Part shown: in pieces, positions 38,701 to 54,100 of the stretch
Layout: the number at the start of each line of letters is the position of its first letter
Numbering within the stretch: position 1 is the stretch's first letter
NCBI GenBank assembly: GCA_040954595.2
Contig: CM082576.2
Location: forward strand, 6,513,129-6,577,128
Length of the DNA stretch: 64,000 nt
Direction: 5' to 3'
From: Balanoglossus misakiensis
Taxonomy: Eukaryota > Animalia > Hemichordata
The notes under the pieces: model-generated
What the model was told of the DNA's origin: nothing
The model's database searches: none
What the model saw: only the letters and a program-made list of their open reading frames with translations
Program-made: the position numbers and the translations under genes

Positions 38701-41700
38701 AACACAAACACTGCCCAGCCATGCAGAGCTACATGCATACATTGTACATGATGTCTGTACATGTACATAGTCCTTCGGCACACATTGGCTATTAATTATA
38801 TCCCTGGAAATAAAAATTCTACTTACCTAAATAAACAGTAATTGTTTGTTCACCAGCCATACAGCATGATACATTCTGTATTTGTGTGGCTTCATCCATA
38901 GTCTACATTTACGTAATCAAATGGACACACGTAATGGATTTTATTTTTTTTCGTATACAAACAGCAGCAGATCAAGGGTGATTTACCTGAACTGGCTCTG
39001 CAAATAAACCTCCATTACTTGAAGCTATATTTCCACTGAAAATAAACATCATCCTGAGAAGCCATTTCCCCCAGCTCTTTAATACTGTAGGCTGATTTAT
39101 TGAAAACACTTGTGTGAAAAAGCTTCATTGCATGTTGCAGTCAAAAGGTCACTGCTGTGTATTTGTTTCGGTGGCAGATTTGCCCATTTCAATATTTGTC
39201 ACATAGCAGCAACCGGATTTAATATGGCTGTTCATCATAGGAAAATATTGACAGTACCAGCATTGTGTGTGCTTGTTTTCCGGTATAGTTGCTGGCAAGT
39301 CAAAATAGGCAAAAAGTACGTCATTTGCAAACAGTACATTACATATCAGCACTATCACACTGCAGTGTACATCATGGGGAAGCAGTAAGGATATTTTATA
39401 GTCATACATTGATTTACATTTTCCATCCTCAAGTTCCCTTTTTCCAGATGTGTGCTACTTTTTAGTAGAAGGCTGTGACGAGCCATACGATTTTGCAGTT
39501 TCTGAAGATTGTATTTTTGAATCCTATGTTCATATACAAATTGTCCTTGACTCTGAAATAACAGTCGCTTAATTGTACCTCTTTATGGTCCTGCACACAT
39601 TTCTGTCTATTCCAGTGTACACGTACATGTACATACCAGGGTAGTCTATTCATTGTATTGCCTGAGTAACAATCTAGTGGAGGCCGGCCATCTCTGAAAC
39701 CATATGTTCTTTCCACACAAGTCCACAATTGAATCCATCGATCATGATGCATCATACAAAGTACAGTACCCGGTTAATTTTTCTGTAAACGTTTATCTTT
39801 GGAGGTTTGGTTCCCTGTCAAGGTTCATGTATGCACTTCTGAGAGAGGGAGATAGAGAGAGATGCCCTTATGTTTCACAGTGGTGTCAATGCGTTTCATT
39901 TCAGCAAAAGTAACCAATCACATCAAAGGACCATCAGTGGTGACCTTTGACCCGCTAATGGACTTGCCAGGGCCCAGCTTGACGTTTCACAACTTGTTAC
40001 CGCCGAAATCTGCTAAAATGTGCCCTTCAGGTGCAGTGTTTCATCTACATGTACATTGCTAGTTTGTGGTTTGCACATGGCTTTAAATAGTTTATATCCC
40101 CTTTTTACAGAGGTGTGGCTATAAATTGTGACCATGCGCCACCTGTCAAAAAGCATTTAGAGGGAGATTCATGGTACAGATGGAGGCCAGCCCTTTTAAC
40201 AACATGCATAAAAGTCATTTCAAGTCCCCATAAATACTTCCAATGCCCCATTAAGGTTGTGGCAAAAGCAGTGAACTCGTACTGTGGCATACTTCATGAC
40301 AGACTGCAGGTTACGATGAAAATCTTTAATCTGTATTTTAATATGAATTGTACCGAGTGTGTTTATTTTACTGCAAGGCAAACTCAGAGATATTAATCCA
40401 GTAATATATTTTTTTCTGCAATAAATGCTTGCCCAAGTTTAGTCAATAAAAGCCATAACATAAAATATTGACTGATGTGTATAACATTCCCTGGGGGCAA
40501 AAAATTGTGTTAATCTGAATCATCAGAACTAAAGCCAGTATTTCTTTGAATGATATGAAAATTAACTGTGCTCATACAAGCTCAAATGCAACAATTATGC
40601 AAACCAGATCATAGATGGAATAAGTCAGAAAATACACAAAAAGATAATTTCAATAAAAAGAATACATTCATTAAATTAGGCCCCTATGAACCACTACTAA
40701 ATTTGATGGGAATAATTTCCATTAAATTTAGGCAACAATATTTCTGAATGGGTGACTTACTCTGCTGGCAATGGTAGAGGTGATATTCTGCACTTGAATA
40801 ACTACATTAAAAGATTAATATGAAATTTTGTGGTTATCCTATTATGATGTCGTTTATGTGCACACATGCATGTGGATTACAGTTGAAGTAGCTCTGAATG
40901 GGGACAATGCAGGGTCTGTGTTTCAGATGCAAGGGATTAAATTACCTCCTGTATTTAAGTAATGTTCGCCCCTTTGATGCATGTAACAGAATTTGAAGTA
41001 AAAGCATTCTCTTTCGGAAAATGCAATATGTCACTTTTATGCTGGAACACACTCGTAACACACACACACCAACGTTTTTAACACTGATATGGTGGGATAT
41101 TTACTTTGCATACTGCGGGCAGTCGGCAGAACAATCAACACAGAACAGACTGTCACTGGCAATGCCGTTCTGTTTGATGTGGAGGTCATTACTGACACAT
41201 TTCTGATAGGTGCCAGCGCAGTGAGAATGTACTGTCTGTTGACAGCTGTGGGTTGTAATACGCTGTGACAATTACCTGCGTCAGAATGCATGAATTCACA
41301 CTTTCCTTCGTGTCTAATATTCCCCAAAAGCAGTTCTTTTCAGAGCGCCAGTCAGAATCGCTTCATTCCCTAATTGACCGTAAGCGAGCCATTGTTCACT
41401 TCTTCAGAATTAAAAAGTGATGCGCGTTTGCAAAAAAATTGCTATTTAAGAGATCAATCCATTGGGGAATATTAACTTTGTGTTTTAATGAACAGCAAGC
41501 ACATTATCAATTTTCCGCATCAATAGACTTAAGTGTGCAGTGTGGACGTGGCCTTGGCAATGTGACCTGGTTCTGTTCATCAGAATAAATTGAGACCACA
41601 ATGAAGTTGGCAGATAGGTGAAAACTGAATGACAAGTATGGTGAAAGCAAATGTCGCCCTCAGTATCCAAACAGAGAGATTGTTTTCTTTTTATGACTTC

Positions 41701-44700
41701 AGCTGTGAAGTGTCATGCACCCAGCACCTGACATAACGCTTGGTCCATGAATCCGTATGTACATGGTGTACTTCAGGCCAGGTTGCAAATTGAGCAAATG
41801 TAGAACCAAAATGTTCAACATAATTAATTAAAACAATGTTGAGGGGTAGTAATGTCTCCCTGAAGGCTGGAAGGCAGTGGGATAATTACCAGTATTAATA
41901 AAAATAGTATAACATAGATTTATTTCCTGGGTTACGCTGAGTTCATTCCAAGGATCAACGGTATTAACCTTTGGAATTAGCACAACTTCTTGAGTGGAAC
42001 AACACCTGTAGGAAAAAAAAAGCCAATCGGCATAATTTCTCATCGACAAGGCCCTCACCGTGGCAACCAGACCCCCATACCGTGGCAACTGATTCTTGTT
42101 CCATAGCAACAAGATGTACTTCATCATTCATCTTTACCAATGTGGCAGTCAAGTTGGCCGAGTCTCCACGTTGGATAACCGGAAATTTTGTGTCAAAACA
42201 AAAGTGATTGATGGAATCAAAGATGTGACCCCGAAACCAGGAATGCAAATATTTAGTTGAGGCATGATAATCTGTGGGAAGAATAGGATGTGTGTATTTC
42301 ATCTTTGTGTTTGATTTTGGCCTACAATGAACATCCGAAGGCATCATCATGAACTGCATGCCAGATCTTGACAGCAACTACTCCATTCATTCTTTGGTTG
42401 TATCGTGTTATGGGGAAAAAATAGACCTCTGAAATTACCCAGTAGGTTTCATGGACGCATGTGTATCATGTGAGATTTGCCAGCTTTTAAGAGATACATC
42501 AGAGAGTTATTTTTAGTTGTGGCTAAGTAATCTCCCTGTAAATTTTATTTGTGATCATTCGTCTAACATATATTCGAATTATGGCTTTGAACAGGGTGTT
42601 TAAATTCTTATGAATTTAAGACATCATTTACAGCACAACCCTGTCAAGTGTCCTGGGTCCATGCAATTCATTTAACGATGAACAGTTGCTGAATGATACA
42701 TCCATGTACATGCGCCTCCAAGTAATGCCAGTCTGTGCGTCGAGAAGTTGGTTGAAAATGTCAAAACTGATGCTGTGTAAAATTCTGATGGTGTGTGAAG
42801 TCTTGTAAAGTGGTAGTTTTTTCAGCTGACTTAAGGGGTACAGGTAGTGCATAAGGCCACCCAAGTGACCAATATTAGTCACTATAAAAGTGAATACAGG
42901 TATTACTTGGATATCACAAACCAGGAGGCAGAACCTAGTTTGGAGAGAGAGAGTGAGAGAGAATCAGACAAGTATAGGAGGTAGGTGGTAGCTATGGTGC
43001 AGAAATCATTTTGAGAGATTTACACACAGATGAAACAAATGCGTGACTTTTACAAGATGAAAACACAACATCCATCACTAAGTGAATGTCTCTAGAACTT
43101 CATACTTAAAACATACATATCAAGGTAAAGTTGAAGATGGGCAGATAATCTGACCAAGTTTTTTTTCCTCGGTGCCGGTATTTTGAAGAAAAGAATATTC
43201 TTTTGTGACTGCAGTTAACCTGCAGGGCAAAGTGAAAAATGCTGTAAAAAATGATTACATGCCGGAGATCTGTATCAGCCGATTGCATCCCCTTTGGAGA
43301 TTTTCCAGTATCTCGAAGTTGTAATACTAATACCACGCAAACGTGACGGTAGACAATTTCTGCTTTTAACTCCCTCCGGGGATTTGGCAAGTATTTGTAG
43401 CTTACAGCGCGGCTAAGCTGGGATGAATTTGGAACATCGGGTCATGTGGCCGTTCAACTCCAGTCTGTGGCTGGTTATTTTTGAAAATTTGACAGTTTGG
43501 TGTTTTATCATACTGGGCATTGTCGAAAGGAAGGTTGAATACAATTCCATGGCAGAAATAGCATTTTTGGTCCGTACACATCTATAGTGCCAGAAATGCA
43601 GACAGCGTGACCCAGCCATGCACTGAGCCACGTGTGTGTTTGTGCAAATATGGTCTCCACGTTTGTCAAAGAAAACAATTTCTTTGGAATGATACATACA
43701 TAAAGCGACTTAGTTATTTTTTGTGACGATTGAAATCAACTACATGTAGATGCCAGTGGTTTGAAACAAATTGTATTTTCAGTACACAATCTATGCAAGA
43801 TATGCTCAATCTCATGTGTGAAGCTTATGTTAATTTTTCCAATTCCCTTCTGAAAAATAGACACATGAACGTACATTTATACATTTAAAAAGAGACACCT
43901 ATTAATATAAATATTTTTTTTACCCAATGATTTTATTATTTGACAGGAAGAGACTGTCTTATTTTTATTAATTTTTTAAGGATGGTGCTGGCTGATCAGC
44001 CCTGTGTGTACAATTTGTATATTTGTGTGTATGCTTGTAGATTTGACATCAATTTCCAAAACTCTCGTATGTTTGTAGATGTGGATTGATGAAATTTCAG
44101 ATTGTCTTCTGCATCTGGAACATATGTCAGAGTATCTGTCCACTTTTGTGGCAACTTTTCTGTGGGTAGACTCCTCCCGATCATAAGGGTCCCTCTCTCT
44201 CAAAAAAAAAAAAACGAGTCGTGTAAGCAAAATATGGGTTAACGCGACTGCTTTTATCACAGCAGCTGCATCTTCTAGACCATTGAAATTCAGCGCAGGT
44301 GATGTGTAATTTTCCTCATCTGTGTGACTATCCGCACATCGCGTCTTTCATTAATATGTGAAGTAGCCGCCGCAGATGTTGGCAATATTTCACGTCAGTT
44401 CAGGAACGCAGAGGTATTTGCATGCAGTGAGAGGTTTATTGGCGCGGTGTGTTGGGTTAAGCAAATGGCCCCGTGGGAGCTGGGCCGCTAGTGGGTTTGT
44501 GTTGTTGATTCGTATTCTGCTGGTAAAACACGTTTTGTGGATGTTGGGGTTGGAATCGCCACGTTTTTGTTTTCAGTCCGTGGAGTAGCGTTTGCTGCGA
44601 TACGTCAATTGGCACAGCTTAAAACCTGTTCCACACAAAATCGAGTGTTGGCTGATCACAGTTTTTCACTTGAGTGGCCATGTGAAAAACAAAGAGTGTG

Positions 44701-47700
44701 CCATCACATGACCAATAGAAGATGTAGATGTATTAGCCATGTCATTTAACCATATATGGGCATATGTAAATAAGAGGTGTTTTCCTGTAAAGTTTGATCA
44801 CTGTCACCATAGCAACTGGTCATACTCCTTCCCCCATGCTGGCAGTGCAGACGTACCACCATAACAATAAGTTAATTTGTCCCAATTGTGTGGCATCGAA
44901 TCTGGAACGGAATGTTTTCACAGAAGTGTGTACAGTAGTGAAAATATGTTTTTTCTCTCAGCTGCTAATATAATGATTTGCTCACTGGAATTTTGTCTGT
45001 CAGCAGGGGACGCTAGTCTCGGCAGAAATCTTCTGATGTTCTGCTCTTTCAAGTGCCAGCAGCAAATTGCAAGCAGGGAAAAAAACGCTGAAATCTTTAT
45101 AGCAGCCACTGCACAGTCAGTGTATGAGAGATGCCCCAGGCGAAGGCTACTTCAGTCGATTATGTCGATAGGCAGTGGAAAGAAATGGAAATTGTTTTGA
45201 CAGGCAGACAAAGTATGCTTTTAGAAATAAAATCGATGCGTCATTGATTGAAACCTGGTATTTCCAGAGGTTGTTAAGTTTGAATTCTCGCACAGCGTCC
45301 CCGCTGCTAATGTTGCTGAAAATCCAGGCACACCGTTGTCGGGTAAAACGCTGGCGGCATTCTCCATATTAGTTGCACCATGCTGTACATATCAGAGCAT
45401 TCCAGTGAAAGTTGGTCAAGATGTCGCAGAAATAAAACTGTTATATTGCATCATCAACCCATTATTTTATCGTGTACAGAATTCTGTCAAATTTTGTCAA
45501 ATGGGAAATTGTCAGTGAAAGTAAAAATGGAACCATTCCCCTTGTGGGTGGATCTTTGTAAATGTGGTTGCGCTCAAGCTGTGCCAATATGCTCATGATA
45601 CGTACCCTAATCATAAACTGTGATGCGATTCGCTGTTTGAAACGGGCTGGGAAAATGCTGACCGCGAAGTGAATAATGCGACACTAAGGGAGCCGCAAAT
45701 GGTGAAAATGTAAACAGCTGATTGAAACAGTTGGGGACGCTCCTGCTCCGAGATATCTTAATTTCGTTGTATTGTTGCAGAAATGCGGTTTATTATTTGC
45801 ATCAGATGTGTGGTGTTAATACACGTACGTGTAGTAACATTCTCGTCGATTCGTCTCCCTTAGGGAGGTTTTATCAGTTTTTAATTGGTTTCTTTCCAAC
45901 CTTTTTCAAACCGAAAATAGCAACACAGTTTGGGGTTGGGGGTGTATCACAGTTGTAGACTAAAACTCCACGTTGTCACATCTGACGTCCAATGCAGACA
46001 TGTCGACGACACCACCAGACAGCTCCTATTGATCGGAATTCATTGAACGCTGCTAATTGGGTTTGATTAAACTCTCTTGTCTGGTTTGATATTTTTTTAA
46101 TCATTCCAGTATTAATCTGATTCAATGCAATAAAAAATAAATTGGGCAGGTTGTAAATTGTATCCATGTTATTTTTTAATAAACACTGTAAACAGTTTTG
46201 TGTAATATGTGAATATTGATTTCTGGTTATGTTTAATGATTGTATAGACAAACTGTGATTCTCCCTCCAAACATATTATTTTGAGCTCAGGGTTTGAAGT
46301 TGGAACATGTTTTTTTTCCTGTACCAAAACATTTTGCCAGATGTACACTAGAGGCTAATGGCATCACTATTGTGCGCACAGTTGCTTGGATAGTCCAGCA
46401 CTAACAGGGAGCAATGCCCGAGAGTGTGAGGCTGATGACAACCGTAGTAGTAGTAGTACACAAATGGCATCGGCCCCGGATAGACAATCCAAGCAACACA
46501 CTAAATTCTGTAGTTCATTTTCATATTTGACCTTTCCTGGCAATTATCTTCAAATTTTTTTTATGGCTCCAAGTTTGAATTATGCTATTATATGCATGGC
46601 ATATGTTACCAGGTAATCATAAATTGTCAATTTATTTGCAATTTGGCCATAGATCAAAATACTTAACATTGGAAAATATGTTCGCTAGTAACAGTAATCC
46701 ATCGTAAAATAATACTGCATTACACGGTGTATTATTTGAAATCCTCTCTTTAATTGGCATCATATGTGCACTTCATCTAATTGACATTTATGACAATGAT
46801 AATTAATGATAATTTAAATTAGATTTACACAATGTGGGATAATATCATTATCAGTTCCCTAGTGGTTCCTGCTACCTGGAGTAAAAACTGAGAATCATGG
46901 GTAATCATGTGAGATCAGAGAGGGCGGGTTAATTCAGGAGTTTTAACAAGAAACTTCAGTTGATACACAAAGCAAAAATACTAAATCTTTTTCACTGCCA
47001 GCTATATATTTTTTTTGCTCATAGCCAACTGTTTTTAACTTTTTACAGCATATGACAGCTGATATGTACGTACCTCCAGTACCTGCTCCTGTTTCAAGAA
47101 CAAATATGTGTCGCCACAAACACTATTTCTGTGACATTCTGAATAATACTCCTGCCCGGTGTGCAACTGATTAGGTATTTGAATACCCAATTGAATACAT
47201 GCTGTAATGTCCTCTCGAAAAATTTACTGTCACAAATGAATAGGTATCAAAGGGAGCAGTGAGCTACATTTCGATCCATAAAAAGATTTTTCTATGAAAA
47301 GGTCTTTCCCCATGAGATACAGTTCAACTTAGAACTTCAACTGAAGACTTGGCATTCTGCTCTTGAAAAAATTCTACCATTGTGCAGTGTAGATTAAAGT
47401 CAATATAAAAATGAGAAATGGAGAGTTACAGCCAACACTCTAAAAGAACGTTTTACGACCGATTGTGTGTTTTTAATAGGAAAATTGAATAATGCTTCAC
47501 ATAAGAGCTCACAGCTCTTACAAAAACCCCACATTCAATATTTTATCACGAAATCGCTCGGTAAGGGGTAGCCATAACTAGAATTTTCAACTCTTGCAAC
47601 GCAGCAAAAATGCCCTGATTTAATTACGTACTCAAGACTGACGGAAAAAGCGGTTCTTTTTAGGCGTGTAATCATATTTCAGCATTTTTCAGCATTTAAT

Positions 47701-49752
47701 GTCATACAAACCCTTTAATATCATAATTATGTCGCTTTTTTTGTGAATGGAAAACTGACACGTTTTACGGTGAGTTGTTGAATTGAGAAGTTTGAAAGTG
47801 AAGTGGTGATTCACAATGTGAGAAAAAGAAAATCCTCTTGTCTTCGTTCACAATAAAACTTTGAGTTTTTCTCAGTTTTTAGTGCCCAGTCTCAATGTTT
47901 GACAGTATAAAACCAGTGCTAAAGTTTTAAATGCCGACCCCTTTAATTCAGAGCACATTTTCCAGATTATTTTTTTCTCTCCTGCGGAGATCAACCATTT
48001 GTGAAAATTGTGCGGTTTGTCGCGTTTGTCTAGGTTTCCCTATGTGAAAGCTCTGTGGGCCTGGTTATTGACGGCTGTATATCTCGATTAAGTGCCGCAA
48101 GATTTGAAACCGCGGAAAATCACAAAGGCTGATGCGAATACAGATGAGTCAAACCCGAAGACTCTGACAATTTCATTTTGACTTTGAGACGCGGCAGACA
48201 GGAGGAAAATGAAAGCAGATGGAGCAATTGCCAGTATATGACCCTGTCATCCTGACCGTTGATTAACCCCGGGATCAAAATGAAGTCAACGCGAAAACGT
48301 CATTTAGAGCCCAGTTTGGCTGTGCGTGTATTAATACAAGGGATCAGCCGACTTCATCATTCTTTACAGGGAGACTGATTACCGAGTTTTGTGTCGTGCT
48401 CGGCAAAATGCAGCGAGAGGTCGATGATATGCTCAAGCAGGGTGACTGATCACTCAGGTAATGTTTCCAGGCACCCGGTCACCAACTTTAATTAAGTTAA
48501 TGTTTATTTTAAGTAACTTCAATCCCGGGAATCGATCCCTGATGAAAGCCAGAGTCTGAGGAATGAACGTTATTCCCACTATTCCCAGGTGGTAATGCAA
48601 ACTACTTCATTTTTTCAAATCATTATTGCTAACTATATTTTTCCGGCACTATGTAGGTTAAATTGCTTTTAACATTTGAAGAAATCCTTCTTTTGTTCAG
48701 ACATGACCTTTAGAAATCTTGATTGAAAAAAAAGTATTGTATGGAAAGGTGCTGTAATATCATGACAAATGTTACTAACTTGGAATTATAGTATATAAGT
48801 GGTGTTCCCTCATTGCAATTTGATAAATTTCATCAATTTACGACATTGATATTGATGGACATGTTTTCAACACCCACTCGGTGATCTTTTCAATAAATAA
48901 AATGATTTGTCGCAGTGATATTTTAGGAATTAATTTTCTGTCGGGTGATTTATGAATTGATATTTCAATCGGAGGATCTCTGTCGATTACTGTCACTCCG
49001 GCATCCAGCATTCGCGGAAGACAGACAATGGGAATTAGGCACATGTCATCTCGTTGGAAGTGATGTATGCTGCGTTGCACCTCAAGGAAATGTCACAGGC
49101 ACTGATGGTACACCATGTGTTATTTTGTCGCACGTTTCAGGTGCTGTCCACTGGCTACAACAGTACATGTAGGTGTTTGGATATTTGCTTACATGCACTT
49201 TAATAGAAGAGTCAGATATGCTTCAGCGACACTGTACGTGTGTTTTATCAAAACAGTGCCGTATTTTGACACGGAAGAGTGAAAACGACTTTAGTGCATT
49301 TGAGCTTGTTCAAAGTCAATTATTCCCTAATTGTTATAGGCCAGGTGTGATCAGTTCAACTCGAGTTTTTCCATGGTGGTAATGGCATTTCTTCCCAGTT
49401 TAATCGACACTTGGCATGATTTCCAGACATTTTAGATACCGCTCTACCTATTAAAGTCAATGCTTTTATCACACCCCTATAAAAAATTCAGTGCTGTATA
49501 TGTTGCATTTAAAAAAATTTGATACACCTACAGCATAGACCTTGACATTTTGCAGACAAATTACTAAAAGTGCGTATTTCAGTAATTGATGGGATTGAAA
49601 TATACAGGTCTGTGCGGGCATTGTTATACAAATAATTTAGAGTCCAAAATAATTCCTACCTGCAGAAGTGCCAGTTGAAAAATTGATTTACACCCAAGGC
49701 CGAGTTTTGATTGGAAAGATATTCCTCGGCAATGAATGTAAGGAAGATACTG

Positions 49753-50013
49753 CAGGGTTCCTGCATTCCCGGAAAATCCTGAATTTGAAACGACTCCAGG
49801 GAAATCCGGGAAAATTGATTTAACCAATTGCATGTATGCTTTCATAAAATGTCAGTGACCCTGAAAAAAAAAGAACAAAAAATGACAAAAATACTGCACA
49901 GTCTCAGTCCTTGGAAAATAGCACTTGTGTTTTTGAAATTTCTGGAAAATCAGTGAAGAACATGATTGTGGAAAGTCCGGGTATTTTGAATGACTGTGAG
50001 TTCATGGACCCTG
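49753..50013. mobile_element. Possible degenerate non-autonomous DNA element (MITE)
   Basis: Imperfect terminal inverted repeats CAGGGTTCC...GGACCCTG enclosing several GGAAAAT-like subrepeats. No target-site duplication confirmed. Confidence 0.35.
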
Positions 50014-51012
50014 ATGTTGTGAATCTCACGGTTGCCTGAGCTCAATACTCAGTTGTTGGTTCTGATTTCAATTTTCAACCTGGCCATCTGCCGGTCAGCC
50101 GTCGACGATAAAACTTATAAAGAGCGCAGAGAATGGCAGATGTGCGAGAGAGCTTTGGATAGAAATACCGGTTCTTGATCCAGCATATAAAATGTGAGCG
50201 AGTGACTCTGTGAACAGGAGAGTTGAATACAGCATGAATTTGTGGATACCTTATCAATACCCTTGCCAATATGGAAAGTGCATGCAGTTCATTAACCCTT
50301 GAAAGATACCCTATTTAATACCTTCCTGTAATCATTGATGTTTTTCTCTCAAAAGGAAAGTGATAAAGTGTACAGGCATACTAAATTTATTATTAACTGG
50401 ATACTCAGTTCATCTGCCGACACACAATCTTTCCACAAACCATCTCCATATGCCTGTAGGTACCACAAACAAGGTGTTGAACAAATTCTCACAAGTTATG
50501 ACATATTTCTTTCATGCAACTTGAATAGAAATATTATCTCAGTGCAAACAACAGATTTAGTTGCAGTATTTCATCTGATCCTTTAAACCTAATTTAGCAT
50601 GTACATGTATGTACAAATTCCCAATTATGCTTAGTGTACAACAGACATGTTTGTCATTAGCATCGTATCTCTAATTTCTTTTATTGATATGTTGAGAATG
50701 TTATCCGATGCCTACAGTACAATGTACTTTCCAATTCTCAATTTCTTAATGGCATTGTGAAAATATTGCCTTTTAAGCCAGGGTCGATTTAGACTAATCC
50801 AAAATGCGATAATGTTAGGTTACAGCAACTCTGGCAGCCGTGCATGTTACCGAGGCGCGGTTGGGGGTTCAGACTTTGTGTCTATCGCATTGGAATGCCG
50901 TCATTCTGGAAAGCCCAAGGGACCGTCCATTTCCAATTGCTGCCGGTTGTGCTTCATAATCATCACTCTTTTTTTTCCGTGATTCTGTTGGGGCTACCAT
51001 GTCGTATATGCA

Positions 51013-51128
51013 CTCCTCCTCCTCCTCCTCCTCCTCCTCCTCCTCCTCCTCATCATAATCATCATCATCATCATCATCATCATCAAGCATCATCGTCGCC
51101 ACCACCACTATCATCCCCCTCATCATCA
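51013..51128. repeat. Compound trinucleotide microsatellite (CCT)n(CAT)n with degenerate CAC/CAT tail
   Basis: About 13 CCT units followed by about 11 CAT units in the FUT8 first intron. Confidence 0.95.
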
Positions 51129-54100
51129 ATTTATGTACAATTAATGATGTAATGATCTACTTGCAACTTGTGAAATTCAAACCCTAATGATGTCAGCACG
51201 TAAACATGGACATTTGTAAAAAGTGCTGAGGATTAAAATCGGGATGCAAAATACATATGCCCAGGTTTGCTTGATTTTGATGTCATTTCTATTCACGGGG
51301 CGTGATGTGTTAGCTTACAAAGCTGGCCTAATTTGCTGTTAATGTGCTCTAGAAAGGGAAAATGGGCTGATGGCTATCAGTGCCTGTCTTTGTGTGGCGC
51401 TGGCCACCACCTGCATTCCCTGGATGAATAAAACCACTCATCAAAGTTTAATGGACTTTAGAGATTTTCACTGGCAGCAGCATGTGCATTAAAAACCAAA
51501 TCAAACATATTTTTAAATGTCGTTACATACAGATTAAAATTACATACAGATTTGTTTTTAAAAAATCTGCCTGTCTGAAAAAGTTGTCTGACCTGTTTAT
51601 ATGAAACAGGTTTGTCTTGTTTGGGGTCTGCGTTCATTGAAAGGACGCCCCAAAAAGTGCAGATGATTTGCCGATCTGATATTTACGACATTAAGAATGC
51701 AGGCCGGCACTGCATCGCGGAATGGGTTGGATGAAGTCGGGGAGTGAAATCAGCCGCGTGATCAGGCGCTTGCGATTAGAGCAAAGAATTATCAGAGAGC
51801 GTTTTATCGGAGAACCTGCTGGAGTGCATTTTGATGTTGTAAAAACTGTATGTGTGAAGTGTGTGTAATCAGCTCCAAGTACGTGAAGTAGGAAATGGTT
51901 TTCTTATCTCTAGTGGCATCACAGGGTCTGAGAATGTCATGAGAGATGAGAGAGAGCAGACAACCTGGCCAAGCTGAGGTCGAGTTTATTGTTTTGCCAG
52001 AAATGCACCTAGTAATACAGGCTGCCCACTCCCCCTTCAAACACATGCCTCAGGATATCCCCAGTACCTTGTCCGAGTACCTTGTTCTAAGTTTATTGAG
52101 TGGCCGCTTGTGTCAAATTAGAACTACAGTGGCAATTGCACTTGCATTGTGCATGGTGATGTGCAATTGTATGTTGTGATTGTACAGAAGGAATCTGCTC
52201 CTCCTCCAAATGCCGAAGTACTGCATGAATCTAGTTAGATTTCATGAAGTACATGTACAAGTACATTGTAGGTACACGTATTTTTTTGTCATAGTCTCTG
52301 TTGAATCATAGCACTTGTGAAATTCTTTTCCACACCTTAGATATTCCCACTTAACATTTTGGGTATTGGGAAAAATCCACTCGTGTGGAAAGTGACGTAA
52401 AAGCATGGACCTGTGCAAAGCACTTCGTTGGCAAATTTCTGCTTTCGATTTGACACGTTACAGCGATGCTGCATCGTTAAAGTGCAGACGAAAATGGCAA
52501 AGGGAATCAGTTTTACTGCTGCTCGAAAGTAAATGTTTGTACTTTAGATTCTGTCTTAGTCATCAGAACTTACTGTTTGCTTTCATTCAACCATCAAGTT
52601 CATGCTCAATTGGAAGAAAAAAAAACACCTGTTGATCTAAATCGTAGTCCCTCCATGGGACTGTGGTTTGATAGGCTTGTGTAAAGTCTCTCGATAGACA
52701 AACACAATATGTGCAAACATACATGTACTTGTACACTGCAATCCATACTGGTCTCATTTTGAGGAAAAGAGAAATCAGTGACGTGGATGGAACTATACTA
52801 AAAAGCAGTTTTAATTAAAAAGGTATTCTGTTAACGTAATTTCTGTGCAGACAAACATATGGCTTCTGCATGAAGTAGCACTGTCATCTTCTGTTTCATT
52901 GGTTGTCATGTTCTGCAAGGAACATCATCATGTCAGGTGGTGTCTTAGGTTTATCACTGCTTTTCATTGTCTATGTTGTCATCAGTGTTGTTACATGTAC
53001 CTCTTACAAATGTTGTTCCATGCTTGTCAGTGTCACATTTACCTTTTGACAGATTTTTTTTTTTGCGTGTTTTGTAACGGCCTGTCATCAATAATTTAGA
53101 TGGCCCTGAGGAGGATTAGAGCTTATCACTAACCAGGTAGCCTGTGATGGATTTGAAACCCTCCTCCATAGATACTTGTTTTTTTTACTACAGAAAAAAT
53201 TAAATTGTGAGTTTTAAACAAGAATTGTTGAAAAAGTGGATATGACGCACTCTGGCAGTGTGGAGATAATCTTCATTTCTGGTTGCCATGGTTTTTGGAC
53301 ATGTCATGTGATTCTTTATATACTCCACTGACTAATGGTGCTGTTATGGTTGAGAAGAAAAGAAATTGATATTTTAGAAAATGCACTGTAAATTATGCAT
53401 CATCATTTGGATCAGAGAAAGTTAGATATGGGGGAGGGGGAATTCAAATAACGTATATTTTGATAGCAATATGGTTGCCGTAGACACAGGTTAGGCCGCT
53501 GGTGTCATGATGGAACAGAAATTTCATGGTAAAATTCTTTTCTGTTGATGTAATAATCTTCCTGATATCTGCTAGCATTATCTTGATGTGGATCAACTGA
53601 TCAAAAGAGTTTGTGTACTTTTAGCTTTACATGAATAGTGAAATTCGTGGATTTACTAATCGTACAATGGACCACAAAGGGTAAATCGCATTTAACCTGC
53701 AGGTGATCTGCAGTACGTGTAGTAGGGCTCAAAACCCACAACGTGTGGCGCCATTATCTGCCCAGCAGAGGGCATCTTTGGCAGCCAAGGTATGTTTATT
53801 GAGGGCAGGGGGATCTCAGCCTGGTGCTTGAGGCAACGACCCGTGCGACCGGACCAATGTTCGGAGGGAGTCACAACAGAGCAGTGTGTAAGAGCATTAT
53901 CCAACTGGGATGAACTTGTAAGGCCTGCAAGGAAATAAAGATGCTGGCTGCACAAGTTGTAATTGTATGTAATCAAATCCACTTGGCAATTCCAAAGTTG
54001 TGAATACGGTGCATTAAACACTGGCAAGTGGACAGAGGCGTGATTTAGGAAGACAAACTGATTATCGTTGGCGCGCGGCCTTGCAAGTTACTTCATCCTG

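Noticed and set aside
50844-51152. Poly-Pro/His and poly-Asp/Glu ORFs on both strands
   Set aside because: Translations of the (CCT)n(CAT)n microsatellite.
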